A stretch of DNA of 61,199 nt, taken from contig JAZNIS010000101.1 in assembly GCA_045577635.1 (NCBI GenBank), positions 1 to 61,199 on the forward strand, in the 5' to 3' direction. The notes beneath the pieces were generated by a model, which saw only the letters and a list, made by a program, of their open reading frames with translations, was not told the origin of the DNA and searched no databases. The number at the start of each line of letters is the position of its first letter. Position 1 is the first letter of the stretch. This document shows, one piece after another, positions 1-8,653 of this stretch. This stretch comes from Clostridia bacterium (GTDB lineage: Bacteria > Bacillota > Clostridia > Christensenellales > UBA1242). A program made the position numbers and the translations under genes.

Positions 1-157
1 CCGCTTCGGCAAGGTCTTTGCGGTGAAAGCCGATGCTGCCTATTGGTTTGCCGTTCTCTTTGAGGCACACGGCAAAGGTGTCGGGCGCAGACAGCACCGT
101 GCGGATGATCTCTCGGCTGTTCTCCACGCTCGTGTGGGGCGGCCAACCTGCGGGGTT
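1..157 (-). other. Compositionally foreign GC-rich fragment; the minus-strand reading is an internal piece of a GNAT (RimJ/RimL-like) N-acetyltransferase
   Basis: Hand count gives 98 G+C in 1-160 (~61%) against 25 G+C in 161-260 (25%). Minus-strand translation of 157..2 is [51 protein letters not shown]. From memory this matches the conserved AGWPxHxSxExSREII ... GKxIGSIG segment of GNAT acetyltransferases. No start codon or N-terminal part of such a protein is present. Confidence 0.55.
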
Positions 158-3046
158 GTTTAATCTAACATCAATATTGTTAATATATTCGCTAAATTGT
201 AAAATTGTTTTAATTCCAAAAGTGTTAATTGCAAATGTGTGGTTGCTTGCTGTAAAGTTTGCAAAATTACCTAAACTTAATTCTCTAATTAATTTAGTTA
301 AATCAAGTTGGTTAACAATTTCGGTTAAATCTGTTTGATTGATGTTAACATTTAAAGTTTCTGTAATAAATTGAATAACATTGTTAAGTTCGTTTTTACC
401 TGCTTTAATGTTAAGGTCATCAACCGAAACAAAGAATTGTGAATTGTAGTAATTTATTTTTACTGTTGCACCATTAATGTTTGTTTGTAGCCATAATTGA
501 ATTTCTGGATTATATGCCACTTTAAAGTTAAAGTTTAAAGCATAGTTGTTAATAATTAAGTAAGCCGAACCTTCTAATTTATTTGCAGTAACGGTGTTAA
601 TAACACTTTCAGCAAATGGTAGTAGGTTAACAATGTTTTCGTAGTATGGTAATAAAACAATTTCTGGTTTGTTGTTTGTAAGTTCAATGTTTGCAACTAA
701 ATTATTATAAGTTAAGTTAATGCTATTTAATTTATAATTTTCAGTTGTTAAAATAGCTGTTACATCATTATAAGTAATTTCAAAATTATTGTTTGTTAGT
801 TTTAGGTTTAATCCTTCTAAACTGTTAGGTAATTCAAAATTGCTTAATGTTTTTGTTGTTTCATTAATAACTGTTGCAAAATCAACACCAAAGTTTGTTT
901 CAATAAACTTAATAACCTTATCTGTGTCGTTTAAGTTAAATTTTAAATTTAGTCCGTCAATTTCTAAATAAACGGTGTTGTTTAAAATTTTTATAATAAT
1001 GGTTTTTCCTAAAACAGTTGTTTTTAGTTCGCCACTTAAATCGTATGAGTTATTAATTGTTTCTAAACCAATAAAACCATTTAAGTTATAGTTGTTAAAG
1101 GTTAGTGTTGTGTTAAAGTAGAATTTTCCGTTTTTAACATAACCAATTAAATTAGTAACTGTTTGGTAAATTGTGTTAACCGAAACGAATTTATCTTGGT
1201 TAATGTTTAGTGTTAATGGTTCGTTGTTTGAATTTAGTGTTACAGCAAAATTAATTTGTTCTGTTTCAAATGTGAAACCATTAATTAAATCGTTATGTAA
1301 AATTGTTGTTTTAAATTTATTTAATATGGTTATGTTTAAACCATTTTCTGTTCTTGCAAATTCTGAAATTAATAAAGTTGTTTGGTTAAGTAATCCGTTA
1401 ATTGTTTGTGTAATTTCTTCCTTATTAATTTCTGGTTTGTTTGCTTCAAGTTTTTTAGTAACAAAATTTAATAAAGTTTCTAAATTTTCTTTTTCACAAA
1501 CAATGTTTATATCCATAAAGCTTAAATAAATGTTGTTGTTTTCAAGTTTTATGTTAATTTCTTCATTTAAAATTTCAGTTGTGAATTCGGCTGTTAAACC
1601 ATTATTAATGTAAATATTGTAGTTAATTGTTGTTGGTTTGTTGTTAACATCAAATTCAATTGTTCCGTAGTGATGATTTAGTTTAATTGTGTTAAGTAAA
1701 GCGGTAATTGTTGGTAAACTATTGTAAATATCAACATAATTTTCTTCTGGTTGAGTAAGTTTAATTTCAGTTATAGGTGCTACATTAAGTTTTGCAGTTG
1801 CACCAAAACCGTTAAACATAATGTTTTCAAATTCGTCGCCATTAAAGGTAAATGTTAATTCACACATATCTCTAATAACAATGTTATAAACACCATCTTT
1901 AAATTCAAATTTTTCTAAAATTCCTAAATCGGTGTTGTTTATATCAAGGTTTTCAATGGTTAAATCTTCGCTATCAATATCTAGTGTTTGAACACCTGTC
2001 ATTACAGGAAGCAACTTGTTAAGTGGTAAGTTAATTCCTAATTTTTCCATTAGAACTGCCAATTCGCCAATTCTAGTTAAATCTGCTTTTACAAAAATGT
2101 TTTCATATTCAACATATAAAACCGAATTAATTAAGGTTAAATTTAAAGGATTATTATTAATAACAGTGTTAAAGTTTACATTATAATTTTCTAAATCTAA
2201 AACTAAATTTCCGTTAAAATCTATATCGTTATAGTTAAATTGTAGGTTAACAGCTAATTTATTTTTGCTAATAAATTTACCTAAACCTTCAACCAAATTA
2301 AACACATGTGTTAAATCAATATGATTGTTTGTTGGTTCAAGCACTGTGCAATTTTCTGGGTAGGTTACATTTGCACTCACTTTAAAAGTGATGCCTTCCA
2401 AAGTTGTTTTTGGTAAAGAAATTTTCTTAATGTTATAGTTTAAATCGCAACCAACAGTTGCATTTCCCAAACCAGGAACATAAACCGAAAGGTTTGTACC
2501 TGTTTCTGTTTTTGTTTCAGTTATGTTATTTAGTAAACCCATCATGCTGTTCATGTCTAAATTAGCCATGTCTAATCCCATATCAGGAATTTCAACATTT
2601 AACATGGTTAGCATTTGACTAATGGTTTCCATTAAATTATTAGTTGTAATTTTATAGTAACCATTTAACATAGAAACATAAACTGTGTCATTTATGTATG
2701 TAAAATCAATATCTGTTAAAGTTTGGTTAATATCTACGGTTAAAGTTCCGTTAACTGCAACATTTTCAAATCCTTTACTTAAATCTACTGTAACATTTAA
2801 AAGTAGGTTAATAGGATTTTCATTAATCACCAAATTAACTGTGGCATCAACATTCATACCGTCTAGGGTTGTAATGTTATCTATGATGTAGGTTAGTGGT
2901 GAATCTGTTGTGGTTGAAGACATATTGCCACCAACCGAAACAGTTTTGTTTGTTGCTGCTGTTGGGTTTGAAATAAGAACCACCCCGAAGGCAGTTGAAA
3001 AGGTTATTAAAATGTAAGTCATAAAGTACATTAAAAATCTTTTCAT
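2..3046 (-). CDS. Large secreted or membrane-anchored repeat protein of unknown family. The 3' end is not reached: the ORF stays open to the window edge and reads in frame into the foreign GC-rich fragment
   Basis: Absent from the ORF track because it has no stop in the window. ATG on the minus strand at 3046-3044. I checked the frame by hand (codon low coordinate = 2 mod 3): no TTA/CTA/TCA in 2-200 or 2881-2940, and motif regions translated cleanly. The N-terminus [28 protein letters not shown] is a hydrophobic signal or anchor. AGGAG (minus) lies at 3062-3066. The four plus-strand track ORFs in 33-2891 all share one frame, as expected for antisense shadows. Confidence 0.7.
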   Translation of the reverse strand, partial: MKRFLMYFMTYILITFSTAFGVVLISNPTAATNKTVSVGGNMSSTTTDSPLTYIIDNITTLDGMNVDATVNLVINENPINLLLNVTVDLSKGFENVAVNGTLTVDINQTLTDIDFTYINDTVYVSMLNGYYKITTNNLMETISQMLTMLNVEIPDMGLDMANLDMNSMMGLLNNITETKTETGTNLSVYVPGLGNATVGCDLNYNIKKISLPKTTLEGITFKVSANVTYPENCTVLEPTNNHIDLTHVFNLVEGLGKFISKNKLAVNLQFNYNDIDFNGNLVLDLENYNVNFNTVINNNPLNLTLINSVLYVEYENIFVKADLTRIGELAVLMEKLGINLPLNKLLPVMTGVQTLDIDSEDLTIENLDINNTDLGILEKFEFKDGVYNIVIRDMCELTFTFNGDEFENIMFNGFGATAKLNVAPITEIKLTQPEENYVDIYNSLPTITALLNTIKLNHHYGTIEFDVNNKPTTINYNIYINNGLTAEFTTEILNEEINIKLENNNIYLSFMDINIVCEKENLETLLNFVTKKLEANKPEINKEEITQTINGLLNQTTLLISEFARTENGLNITILNKFKTTILHNDLINGFTFETEQINFAVTLNSNNEPLTLNINQDKFVSVNTIYQTVTNLIGYVKNGKFYFNTTLTFNNYNLNGFIGLETINNSYDLSGELKTTVLGKTIIIKILNNTVYLEIDGLNLKFNLNDTDKVIKFIETNFGVDFATVINETTKTLSNFELPNSLEGLNLKLTNNNFEITYNDVTAILTTENYKLNSINLTYNNLVANIELTNNKPEIVLLPYYENIVNLLPFAESVINTVTANKLEGSAYLIINNYALNFNFKVAYNPEIQLWLQTNINGATVKINYYNSQFFVSVDDLNIKAGKNELNNVIQFITETLNVNINQTDLTEIVNQLDLTKLIRELSLGNFANFTASNHTFAINTFGIKTILQFSEYINNIDVRLNNPAGWPPHTSVENSREIIRTVLSAPDTFAVCLKENGKPIGSIGFHRKDLAEA
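345..2690 (-). repeat. Five diverged tandem protein-level repeats (~180-195 aa each) inside the large minus-strand ORF
   Basis: The recurring motif is a hydrophobic-Tyr/Phe strand followed by a helix-like segment. Copies: [27 protein letters not shown] (2603-2689), [31 protein letters not shown] (2037-2128), [32 protein letters not shown] (1441-1540), [28 protein letters not shown] (895-985), [28 protein letters not shown] (350-450). Spacing is about 540-590 nt. Confidence 0.6.
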
Positions 3047-3073
3047 TTATGTATTTACTAACTCCTAAAAATT

Positions 3074-4036
3074 TTATCTGTGTTCTGGTAATGTTACAGG
3101 TTTGTTTATTTCAAATTTTAAACTTAAAGTTCCTGTGCATTTTGGTTTTAATCCTGCATAAACTACACGATAGTTTTCAACAGTTGAATATTCCACAAAA
3201 TTCCAATTTTCATCAATAACAAAAGTTAGTGTTATATCCGAAAAAGTTGGATAGTCGGAAAGGTCACCTGTGGTTTTAACTTCCTTAATATAGTTTAAAA
3301 CAGAAGAAATAGGGTCTAATTTAATAGTGAACTTATAGGTTTTAATTCCGTTAGTTGTTGTTTCGGTTATTTCCGAACTTTCTTTAACTGTTTTAGAAGA
3401 AATTATATAAGGAATAACCTTATTAGGAAGTCCACCCATTTTATCTAAACATTCTGCTGTGGTTATTTCACTTTTTGACCCTGTCCAATCTGCATGGGTT
3501 GGTGTAACATTGTTACCTTTAATGTTGTTTATTAATTTTGCATCTTTTTTCATAGTGAAACAATCAGCAACAGTAATCATTGAACTTTTACTAATTTTTT
3601 CTGCCATATAGGTTGTTCCGTCAAAGTGTTTAGCACTGTAAACGGTTTGCTTAACAACAGTATCAACTGCTCCTTCGCCATAAGCTGTGTAGGAATTTGC
3701 ATGTTCTAGGTTATATTCTGCAAGTGCAAAGTTTTCGTAAGTGGTAAGTGATTTTGGTGAAACCCCTTTGCTTTTTGCAATTGAAACCCAATTTGATTTT
3801 GTGTCATCGGTAATTTTATTTGTTTTGGTTGCCTTTTTAAAGGTGTCGTTAATATCGTCTAGCAAAGATTCTTGTGAAAGTCCAGAATAATCTACACCTG
3901 TGCTTAAAAAAGCATATGAATACCAACTTCCTAAAAATAAACCTGTTCCAATTCCAATAATTCCAACTAGAAAAAAGTTTAATATGTTTCGTTTTCGGCT
4001 AATTGCCTTTCTTTGTTTTTGTTGTTCTGTTGCCAT
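3074..4036 (-). CDS. Hypothetical membrane-anchored protein (basic N-terminus, one TM helix, extracytoplasmic domain)
   Basis: ORF of 320 aa. The N-terminus MATEQQKQRKAISRKRNILNFFLVGIIGIGTGLFLGSWY is a charged segment followed by a TM helix. Its start (4036) lies 1 nt after the upstream gene's stop (4038-4040), so the two are translationally coupled. I recognised no family. Confidence 0.7.
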   Translation of the reverse strand: MATEQQKQRKAISRKRNILNFFLVGIIGIGTGLFLGSWYSYAFLSTGVDYSGLSQESLLDDINDTFKKATKTNKITDDTKSNWVSIAKSKGVSPKSLTTYENFALAEYNLEHANSYTAYGEGAVDTVVKQTVYSAKHFDGTTYMAEKISKSSMITVADCFTMKKDAKLINNIKGNNVTPTHADWTGSKSEITTAECLDKMGGLPNKVIPYIISSKTVKESSEITETTTNGIKTYKFTIKLDPISSVLNYIKEVKTTGDLSDYPTFSDITLTFVIDENWNFVEYSTVENYRVVYAGLKPKCTGTLSLKFEINKPVTLPEHR

Positions 4037-4037
4037 A

Positions 4038-4772
4038 TTAATTTTCCTCGTTTTGGTCTTGTTTTTTAGTAAGTTTCCAAAGTAATCTTAATGGCAAACT
4101 TGTAATTCGGGCAATTTGACGAGCAGATGCTGAAGTTTTTTGAATTATTTCATCAAGTAATGTTTTTAATTTATTTTGTGGTAATGCAGTAAGTTCGTTA
4201 ATAGGCATAATTTCTTGTGTAATGTAATTAAGCAAATCAACATCTTTTATTTTTGTTTTAACAATTTTACTTTTTAAAGTTTCTGGGTTGTTTCGGTGAA
4301 TAACTGCAATTTCAAAATTTTCTTTTGAACCATAAAATTGTTTAGCACATTCTAAATTTAAATAAATATTTGAAAAATAATCGTTTACACTGTTAAATTC
4401 ATTATTAGATAGATTATGAACATCATAAACCATATCCCAAACATCTTTAACAGAGTGAGCAGGTAAACTAACAAATCTATCTTTAAAAACTTTGCCGTTT
4501 CGGTTATGAAACAAATTGTATTTGCTAACAAAACTAACAACAATTTTTCGCATTGTTGTATCTATTGCTGTGTCGCAATCATATAACACAAACGAAAGTA
4601 TTTCATCGGTTAAGTTGTAAGCTAAAAACTTGTAACTTAAAACTTCGTTATACTTTTTAACTGTTTCTAAAAACAATTGTTTGTCGTGGCTATTAAATTT
4701 TATATCTTGGTTAGCTTTTAGTAAAATTGTGTATGAATTAATTTCACTAATTTGTCTTGCTTTTCTAGCCAT
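4038..4772 (-). CDS. IS200/IS605-type Y1 (HUH) transposase-like protein with degenerate catalytic motifs and a C-terminal HTH; probably a domesticated regulator, not an active transposase
   Basis: MARKARQISEINSYTILLKA...FLETVKKYNEVLSYKFLAYNLTDEILSFVLYD...FKDRFVSLPAHSVKDVWDMVYDVHNLS aligns by eye to the COG1943/Y1_Tnp pattern (MPRxxR...GxYHhhxRG...Y.hhAYChMxNHhHLLh...FQxRFKS.h...Y...hhRYIHxNP). The HUH position reads LSF, not HxH. The C-terminal SARQIARITSLPLRLLWKL is HTH-like. RBS AAGGTAGG lies upstream. Confidence 0.6.
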   Translation of the reverse strand: MARKARQISEINSYTILLKANQDIKFNSHDKQLFLETVKKYNEVLSYKFLAYNLTDEILSFVLYDCDTAIDTTMRKIVVSFVSKYNLFHNRNGKVFKDRFVSLPAHSVKDVWDMVYDVHNLSNNEFNSVNDYFSNIYLNLECAKQFYGSKENFEIAVIHRNNPETLKSKIVKTKIKDVDLLNYITQEIMPINELTALPQNKLKTLLDEIIQKTSASARQIARITSLPLRLLWKLTKKQDQNEEN

Positions 4773-4801
4773 TTTACCTACCTTTAATTTTTAACATCAT
4801 A

Positions 4802-4830
4802 ATTATACATTCAAAAAAAACACAAGTCAA
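4802..4830 (-). promoter_or_regulatory. Near-consensus sigma-A promoter for the minus-strand operon (TTGACT-17 nt-TATAAT)
   Basis: On the minus strand TTGACT is the complement of 4825-4830, the spacer is exactly 17 nt (4808-4824), and TATAAT is the complement of 4802-4807. This lies about 30 nt upstream of the ATG at 4772. Confidence 0.65.
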
Positions 4831-4922
4831 TAAAAATTTTGAAGAAGTGTCCCCTTGCAACGGAAATTTTTATATAAATATAAAAATGTTAAAAAATATA
4901 ATTTTTTGCAATAATTTTTACA

Positions 4923-4951
4923 TTGACTAAATAGAAATAAAATAGTAAAAT
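4923..4951 (+). promoter_or_regulatory. Candidate sigma-A promoter (TTGACT-17 nt-TAAAAT) for the zinc-ribbon gene, divergent from the minus operon
   Basis: TTGACT at 4923-4928, 17-nt spacer, TAAAAT at 4946-4951. A-G-rich RBS AAAGGAAAAGG precedes the ATG at 4984. Confidence 0.5.
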
Positions 4952-4983
4952 TTTTATGTAATTATTAAAGGAAAAGGTTTTAT

Positions 4984-5286
4984 ATGAAAATTTTAAAGTG
5001 TCCTAGTTGTGGAGCAAATGTTAAAGAAAATAAATCGGTTTGCGAATATTGTGGCTGTGTTTTTGAAATAAATGATAATAAACAAAAAACAGTTAAACAA
5101 CCAGAAGTTGAACAACAAGTAAAACCTGAAATTTTTAATGAAACAACAAAACAAGAAATAGGTGATTTAACTTCCAACATTGAAAAGCTTAGTTGGGGAA
5201 TAATTTGTGTAATATTTATTATTTGCTGGCCGGTTGGTTTGTTTTTCACAATAATAAAACTTAATAAAGATGAAAATAAACAGTAG
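4984..5286 (+). CDS. Small zinc-ribbon protein with a C-terminal transmembrane helix
   Basis: CPSCGANVKENKSVCEYCGC is a CxxC...CxxC zinc-ribbon pattern at the N-terminus. The hydrophobic stretch WGIICVIFIICWPVGLFFTII lies near the C-terminus. Confidence 0.7.
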   Translation: MKILKCPSCGANVKENKSVCEYCGCVFEINDNKQKTVKQPEVEQQVKPEIFNETTKQEIGDLTSNIEKLSWGIICVIFIICWPVGLFFTIIKLNKDENKQ

Positions 5287-5377
5287 GTTAAAACCTATTG
5301 TTTTTTTTGTTGTGTTGCAAAGTTCTATTTTTTTTACTTGTCCCATAAACTATTAAAAATGTAAATGGGGGAAAAGT

Positions 5378-6853
5378 ATGAAGAAATTAGTGGCACTATT
5401 TTTTTGTGCTGTAACCATTCTTTGTGGGTGTGCCGATACAAAATTAAATGTTGAAAAACAAAGTAAACATTTAAACACTTACGAAATGGAATTAACTTTT
5501 AACGAAGATAAAACTTTGCTTGGCAAACAAAAGTTAGAATACACAAATAACACAGATACAAATTTAACTTATTTGGCTTTTCATTTATATCCAAAAGCTT
5601 TTGCTGAAGGTGCAACACATAAACCTGTTAGCGAACTTAATAAAGATAAAGCATACCCTAATGGTGTTGATTATGGAGATATAGATATTTTATCGGCAAC
5701 GGTAAAAAACGAAAAAACTGATTTTAGTTTTGATGGTGCAGATAACAACATTTTAAAGGTTGGATTAATTAATGAACTAGAACCAAAAGAAAAAACAATA
5801 GTTGAACTTGAATATAAGGTTTATGTTCCAAATATTAATCACAGGTTTGGTTATGGAAATTCAGCAATTAATCTTGCAAACTTTTATCCAATTGTTGCAG
5901 TTTTTGAAAATGGTGATTTTGTTTGTGATCCATATAGTTCAAACGGCGATCCTTTTTATTCGGAGTGTTCTAATTATAAAGTTAACTTAACAGTAAATAA
6001 AAAATATAAAGTTGCAAGTACAGGAGTTCAGGAAAAAGTTGATGAACAAGATGAAACAAAAACATATTATATAACAGCAAAAACTGTTAGGGATTTTGCT
6101 GTTGTGCTATCTGACAAATTTGAAGTTGCAACCGAAACAGTTGAAGATACAACAATAAATTATTATTACTATGATGACATTGATTACAAGTTGAATTTGC
6201 AGGTGGGTGTGGATGCTGTAAAAACTTTTAACAGATTGTTTGGAAAGTATCCTTACAAAACATTAAGTATAGTAAAAACAAACTTTGTTCATGGTGGAAT
6301 GGAATATCCAAATTTGGTTTATATTTCCGATGAAACAAAGGGGGCAGATTTTCAAAATGTTATAGTGCACGAAGTTGCACATCAGTGGTGGTATTCGGTT
6401 GTTGGTAGTAATGCTGTAAAGTATCCGTGGTTAGATGAAGGGTTAACCGAATATTCAACAGTGCTGTTTTACGAAGAGAATTTGGACTATGGAATTAATG
6501 CCGAGGAAATAATAAAAAACTCAAATAATAGTTATGTAACTTTTATTGATTTATATGAAGAAGTGTTGGGAAAAGTTGATACAACCATGACTAGAAGTTT
6601 GCATGAGTATTCAACAGAACCAGAATATGTTTATATGACTTATGTTAAAGGACTATTACTTTTTGACAATTTGTGTAAACTTGTTGGCAGAAACAAGTTT
6701 ATTGAATGTTTACAAAAATATTATTTAGATAATGCTTTTAAAAATGTTTCACCACAAACATTTATTAAAAATATGGAAAAAGTTTGCAATAGGGAACTTG
6801 AAAGTTATATTAACACTTGGTTAAACGGTAAGGTTGTAATTGTTAATATTTAA
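5378..6853 (+). CDS. M1-family (gluzincin) metallopeptidase lipoprotein
   Basis: Signal peptide with lipobox MKKLVALFFCAVTILCGC. GGMEYPN matches a GxMEN-type motif. HEVAH followed 19 residues later by E (WLDEGLTEY) gives HEXXH-X18-E. RBS GGGGGA lies upstream. Confidence 0.85.
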   Translation: MKKLVALFFCAVTILCGCADTKLNVEKQSKHLNTYEMELTFNEDKTLLGKQKLEYTNNTDTNLTYLAFHLYPKAFAEGATHKPVSELNKDKAYPNGVDYGDIDILSATVKNEKTDFSFDGADNNILKVGLINELEPKEKTIVELEYKVYVPNINHRFGYGNSAINLANFYPIVAVFENGDFVCDPYSSNGDPFYSECSNYKVNLTVNKKYKVASTGVQEKVDEQDETKTYYITAKTVRDFAVVLSDKFEVATETVEDTTINYYYYDDIDYKLNLQVGVDAVKTFNRLFGKYPYKTLSIVKTNFVHGGMEYPNLVYISDETKGADFQNVIVHEVAHQWWYSVVGSNAVKYPWLDEGLTEYSTVLFYEENLDYGINAEEIIKNSNNSYVTFIDLYEEVLGKVDTTMTRSLHEYSTEPEYVYMTYVKGLLLFDNLCKLVGRNKFIECLQKYYLDNAFKNVSPQTFIKNMEKVCNRELESYINTWLNGKVVIVNI

Positions 6854-6939
6854 TAAAAATTTTACTGTGTTTTTTAATGGTTAAGTTGCCATAATTTATT
6901 TGCTATGTTAAACTAATTTTGTTTTAAGGAAAACAATAA

Positions 6940-7734
6940 ATGGTTAAAGTTGTAACACTATCTAGTTCTAGCAAGGGCAATTCAGTTTTAATTGTTGGCG
7001 AAAAAACTAACCTATTAATTGATGCTGGAATTAATTTAAAAACCTTAATAGAAAAGTTAACTTTGCTTAAAGTTGAACCAAGTTCAATTACTGCAATTTT
7101 ATCAACTCACGAACACTCCGATCATTCAAAATCGGTGGGTGCTTTTATTCGCAAATTTGGTTCAATGTTGTATTGCCATGCCGATGGAAAAGCTGCCATG
7201 CTTGAAAAAATTGGCAATGTGGATGAAAGGAAAATTGTTTCATTTTTTGATAATGAATTTTCTATTGGTGAGTTTTTAATTAAAAGTTTTAAACTTCCAC
7301 ACGATTCATCTAGTTGTGTTGGTTTTAGGTTTACAGCTGATCAAAACAGCTTTGCCTATGCAACCGATTTGGGTTTTGCTAGTGAAGAAACTATTAGTAA
7401 TTTAAAAAATTGCAAACTTGTAATTTTAGAAAGTAATCATGATGAAAAAATGTTAATAAACAATGTTAATTATTCGCCACAACTTAAATCTCGTATTTTA
7501 AGTAGAAGGGGACATTTAAGCAACATGGCTAGTGCAAAAGTTGTTTGCACTCTGGCTGAAAACAATGTTAAACAAGTGGTGCTTGCACATTTAAGCCCAG
7601 AAAACAACACACCCGAACTTTGCTATAACACTGTGTGTGAATATTTGTTGGCAATGGGTATAACTCCTGGGGTTAATATAAAAATTGATGTTGCACCAAG
7701 TCAAACCTTAGGAACAGTTTTTGTGTTGAAATAG
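6940..7734 (+). CDS. MBL-fold metallo-hydrolase, WalJ/YycJ-like
   Basis: STHEHSDH matches the HxHxDH motif. At 264 aa it has the typical YycJ length, and it is followed by an HtrA-like protease as in the Firmicute yycJ-htrC arrangement. Confidence 0.8.
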   Translation: MVKVVTLSSSSKGNSVLIVGEKTNLLIDAGINLKTLIEKLTLLKVEPSSITAILSTHEHSDHSKSVGAFIRKFGSMLYCHADGKAAMLEKIGNVDERKIVSFFDNEFSIGEFLIKSFKLPHDSSSCVGFRFTADQNSFAYATDLGFASEETISNLKNCKLVILESNHDEKMLINNVNYSPQLKSRILSRRGHLSNMASAKVVCTLAENNVKQVVLAHLSPENNTPELCYNTVCEYLLAMGITPGVNIKIDVAPSQTLGTVFVLK

Positions 7735-7773
7735 AGTAGTAATAATTTATAAAAAATAAAACAACCTAATTAT

Positions 7774-8490
7774 ATGAAACAAAAAAATTTTATTTTGTTA
7801 ATTGGGTTGTTTTTTTCTTTAATATTTTTTTGTGGCTGTTCAAGTTCTAAACAGTATTTTTCTGTTACTGAAAGCAAAATGATTACCGTTAATAATGAAT
7901 CTGATTTTGCAAAAACTGTTTCACCTGCAATTGTTGGAATAACTAGCACAATTAAAACAACTACCAATATAGGAAGTGGTGTTTGTGTTAAAAGTGGTGG
8001 ATATATTATTACAAATTATCATGTAATTGCAAATGGTGGTGAAATTGTTTTATACCTGCATGGTGGTTTAACTTGTAAAGCTGTTGTAATTTATAAAAAT
8101 CCTGATTTAGATATTGCTGTTTTAAAAGCAAATTATCCCGTGCCATATTTAAACATGGTTAGTTCAAATAGTTTAATTGTTGGACAAACTGTTTATGCTG
8201 TTGGTACTCCACTTTCATTAAATTTTAATCAAACATTCACAAAAGGTATTGTAAGTGGATTAAATCGTACAGTTTCGGTGTCGTTAATTGATAGTGATGT
8301 TAATGTTATGAGCAATTTAATTCAACATGATGCTAGTATTAATTCTGGCAATTCAGGTGGACCACTGTTAAATGAGTTTGGTGAAGTTGTTGGTGTAAAC
8401 ACTTTAAAAATAAACAATGCCGAAGGGTTGGGTTTTGCAATTCCTTCTAGCAAATTTATTGAAATTTTTAATCAAATTTTTGCAGGGTGA
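7774..8490 (+). CDS. Trypsin-like (S1C/HtrA-type) serine protease lipoprotein without a PDZ domain
   Basis: Lipobox LIFFCGCSS. Catalytic-triad context: TNYHV (His), DLDIAVLK (Asp), GNSGGPLLN (Ser). At 238 aa there is no room for a PDZ domain. Confidence 0.8.
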   Translation: MKQKNFILLIGLFFSLIFFCGCSSSKQYFSVTESKMITVNNESDFAKTVSPAIVGITSTIKTTTNIGSGVCVKSGGYIITNYHVIANGGEIVLYLHGGLTCKAVVIYKNPDLDIAVLKANYPVPYLNMVSSNSLIVGQTVYAVGTPLSLNFNQTFTKGIVSGLNRTVSVSLIDSDVNVMSNLIQHDASINSGNSGGPLLNEFGEVVGVNTLKINNAEGLGFAIPSSKFIEIFNQIFAG

Positions 8491-8509
8491 AACCCTGCTT
8501 TTTGTTTTT
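8482..8509 (+). terminator. Rho-independent terminator
   Basis: Stem GCAGGG (8482-8487) pairs with CCCTGC (8493-8498). The loop TGAAA contains the TGA stop. The stem is followed by TTTTTGTTTT. Confidence 0.8.
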
Positions 8510-8568
8510 AAGCCGCATATTTATATTATATATATTTATTTTATTAATTAAATTTATTTTTATTTCGT

Positions 8569-8597
8569 TTTTAAACTTTAAACTATTATGCTATAAT
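8569..8597 (+). promoter_or_regulatory. Candidate extended -10 promoter for the CPBP/rlmH gene string
   Basis: TGCTATAAT (TGnTATAAT) at 8589-8597. The hexamer at the -35 position is weak: TTTTAA at 8569-8574, 17 nt upstream. Confidence 0.35.
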
Positions 8598-8653
8598 TTT
8601 AAATGACCAGCTATTATAATTAGCTAAAATTATTACAATTAAGGGTTTTTATA

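Noticed and set aside
33-2891. Plus-strand track ORFs 33..338, 789..971, 1173..1529 and 2685..2891
   Set aside because: All four share one plus-strand frame. They have low-complexity Leu/Val/Phe/Ser-rich products and lie antisense to a continuous minus-strand ORF that has a signal anchor, an RBS and repeat structure. They are shadow ORFs.
4038-4772. Calling the Y1-transposase-like gene an IS200/IS605 mobile element
   Set aside because: The HUH motif is degenerate. I saw no flanking subterminal hairpins or inverted repeats and no tnpB partner. The gene is translationally coupled to downstream envelope genes.
5285-5308. Terminator after the zinc-ribbon gene (AGGT/ACCT hairpin plus T8)
   Set aside because: The stem is only 4-5 bp with a 2-4 nt loop, which is too weak to call even though a T-run follows.
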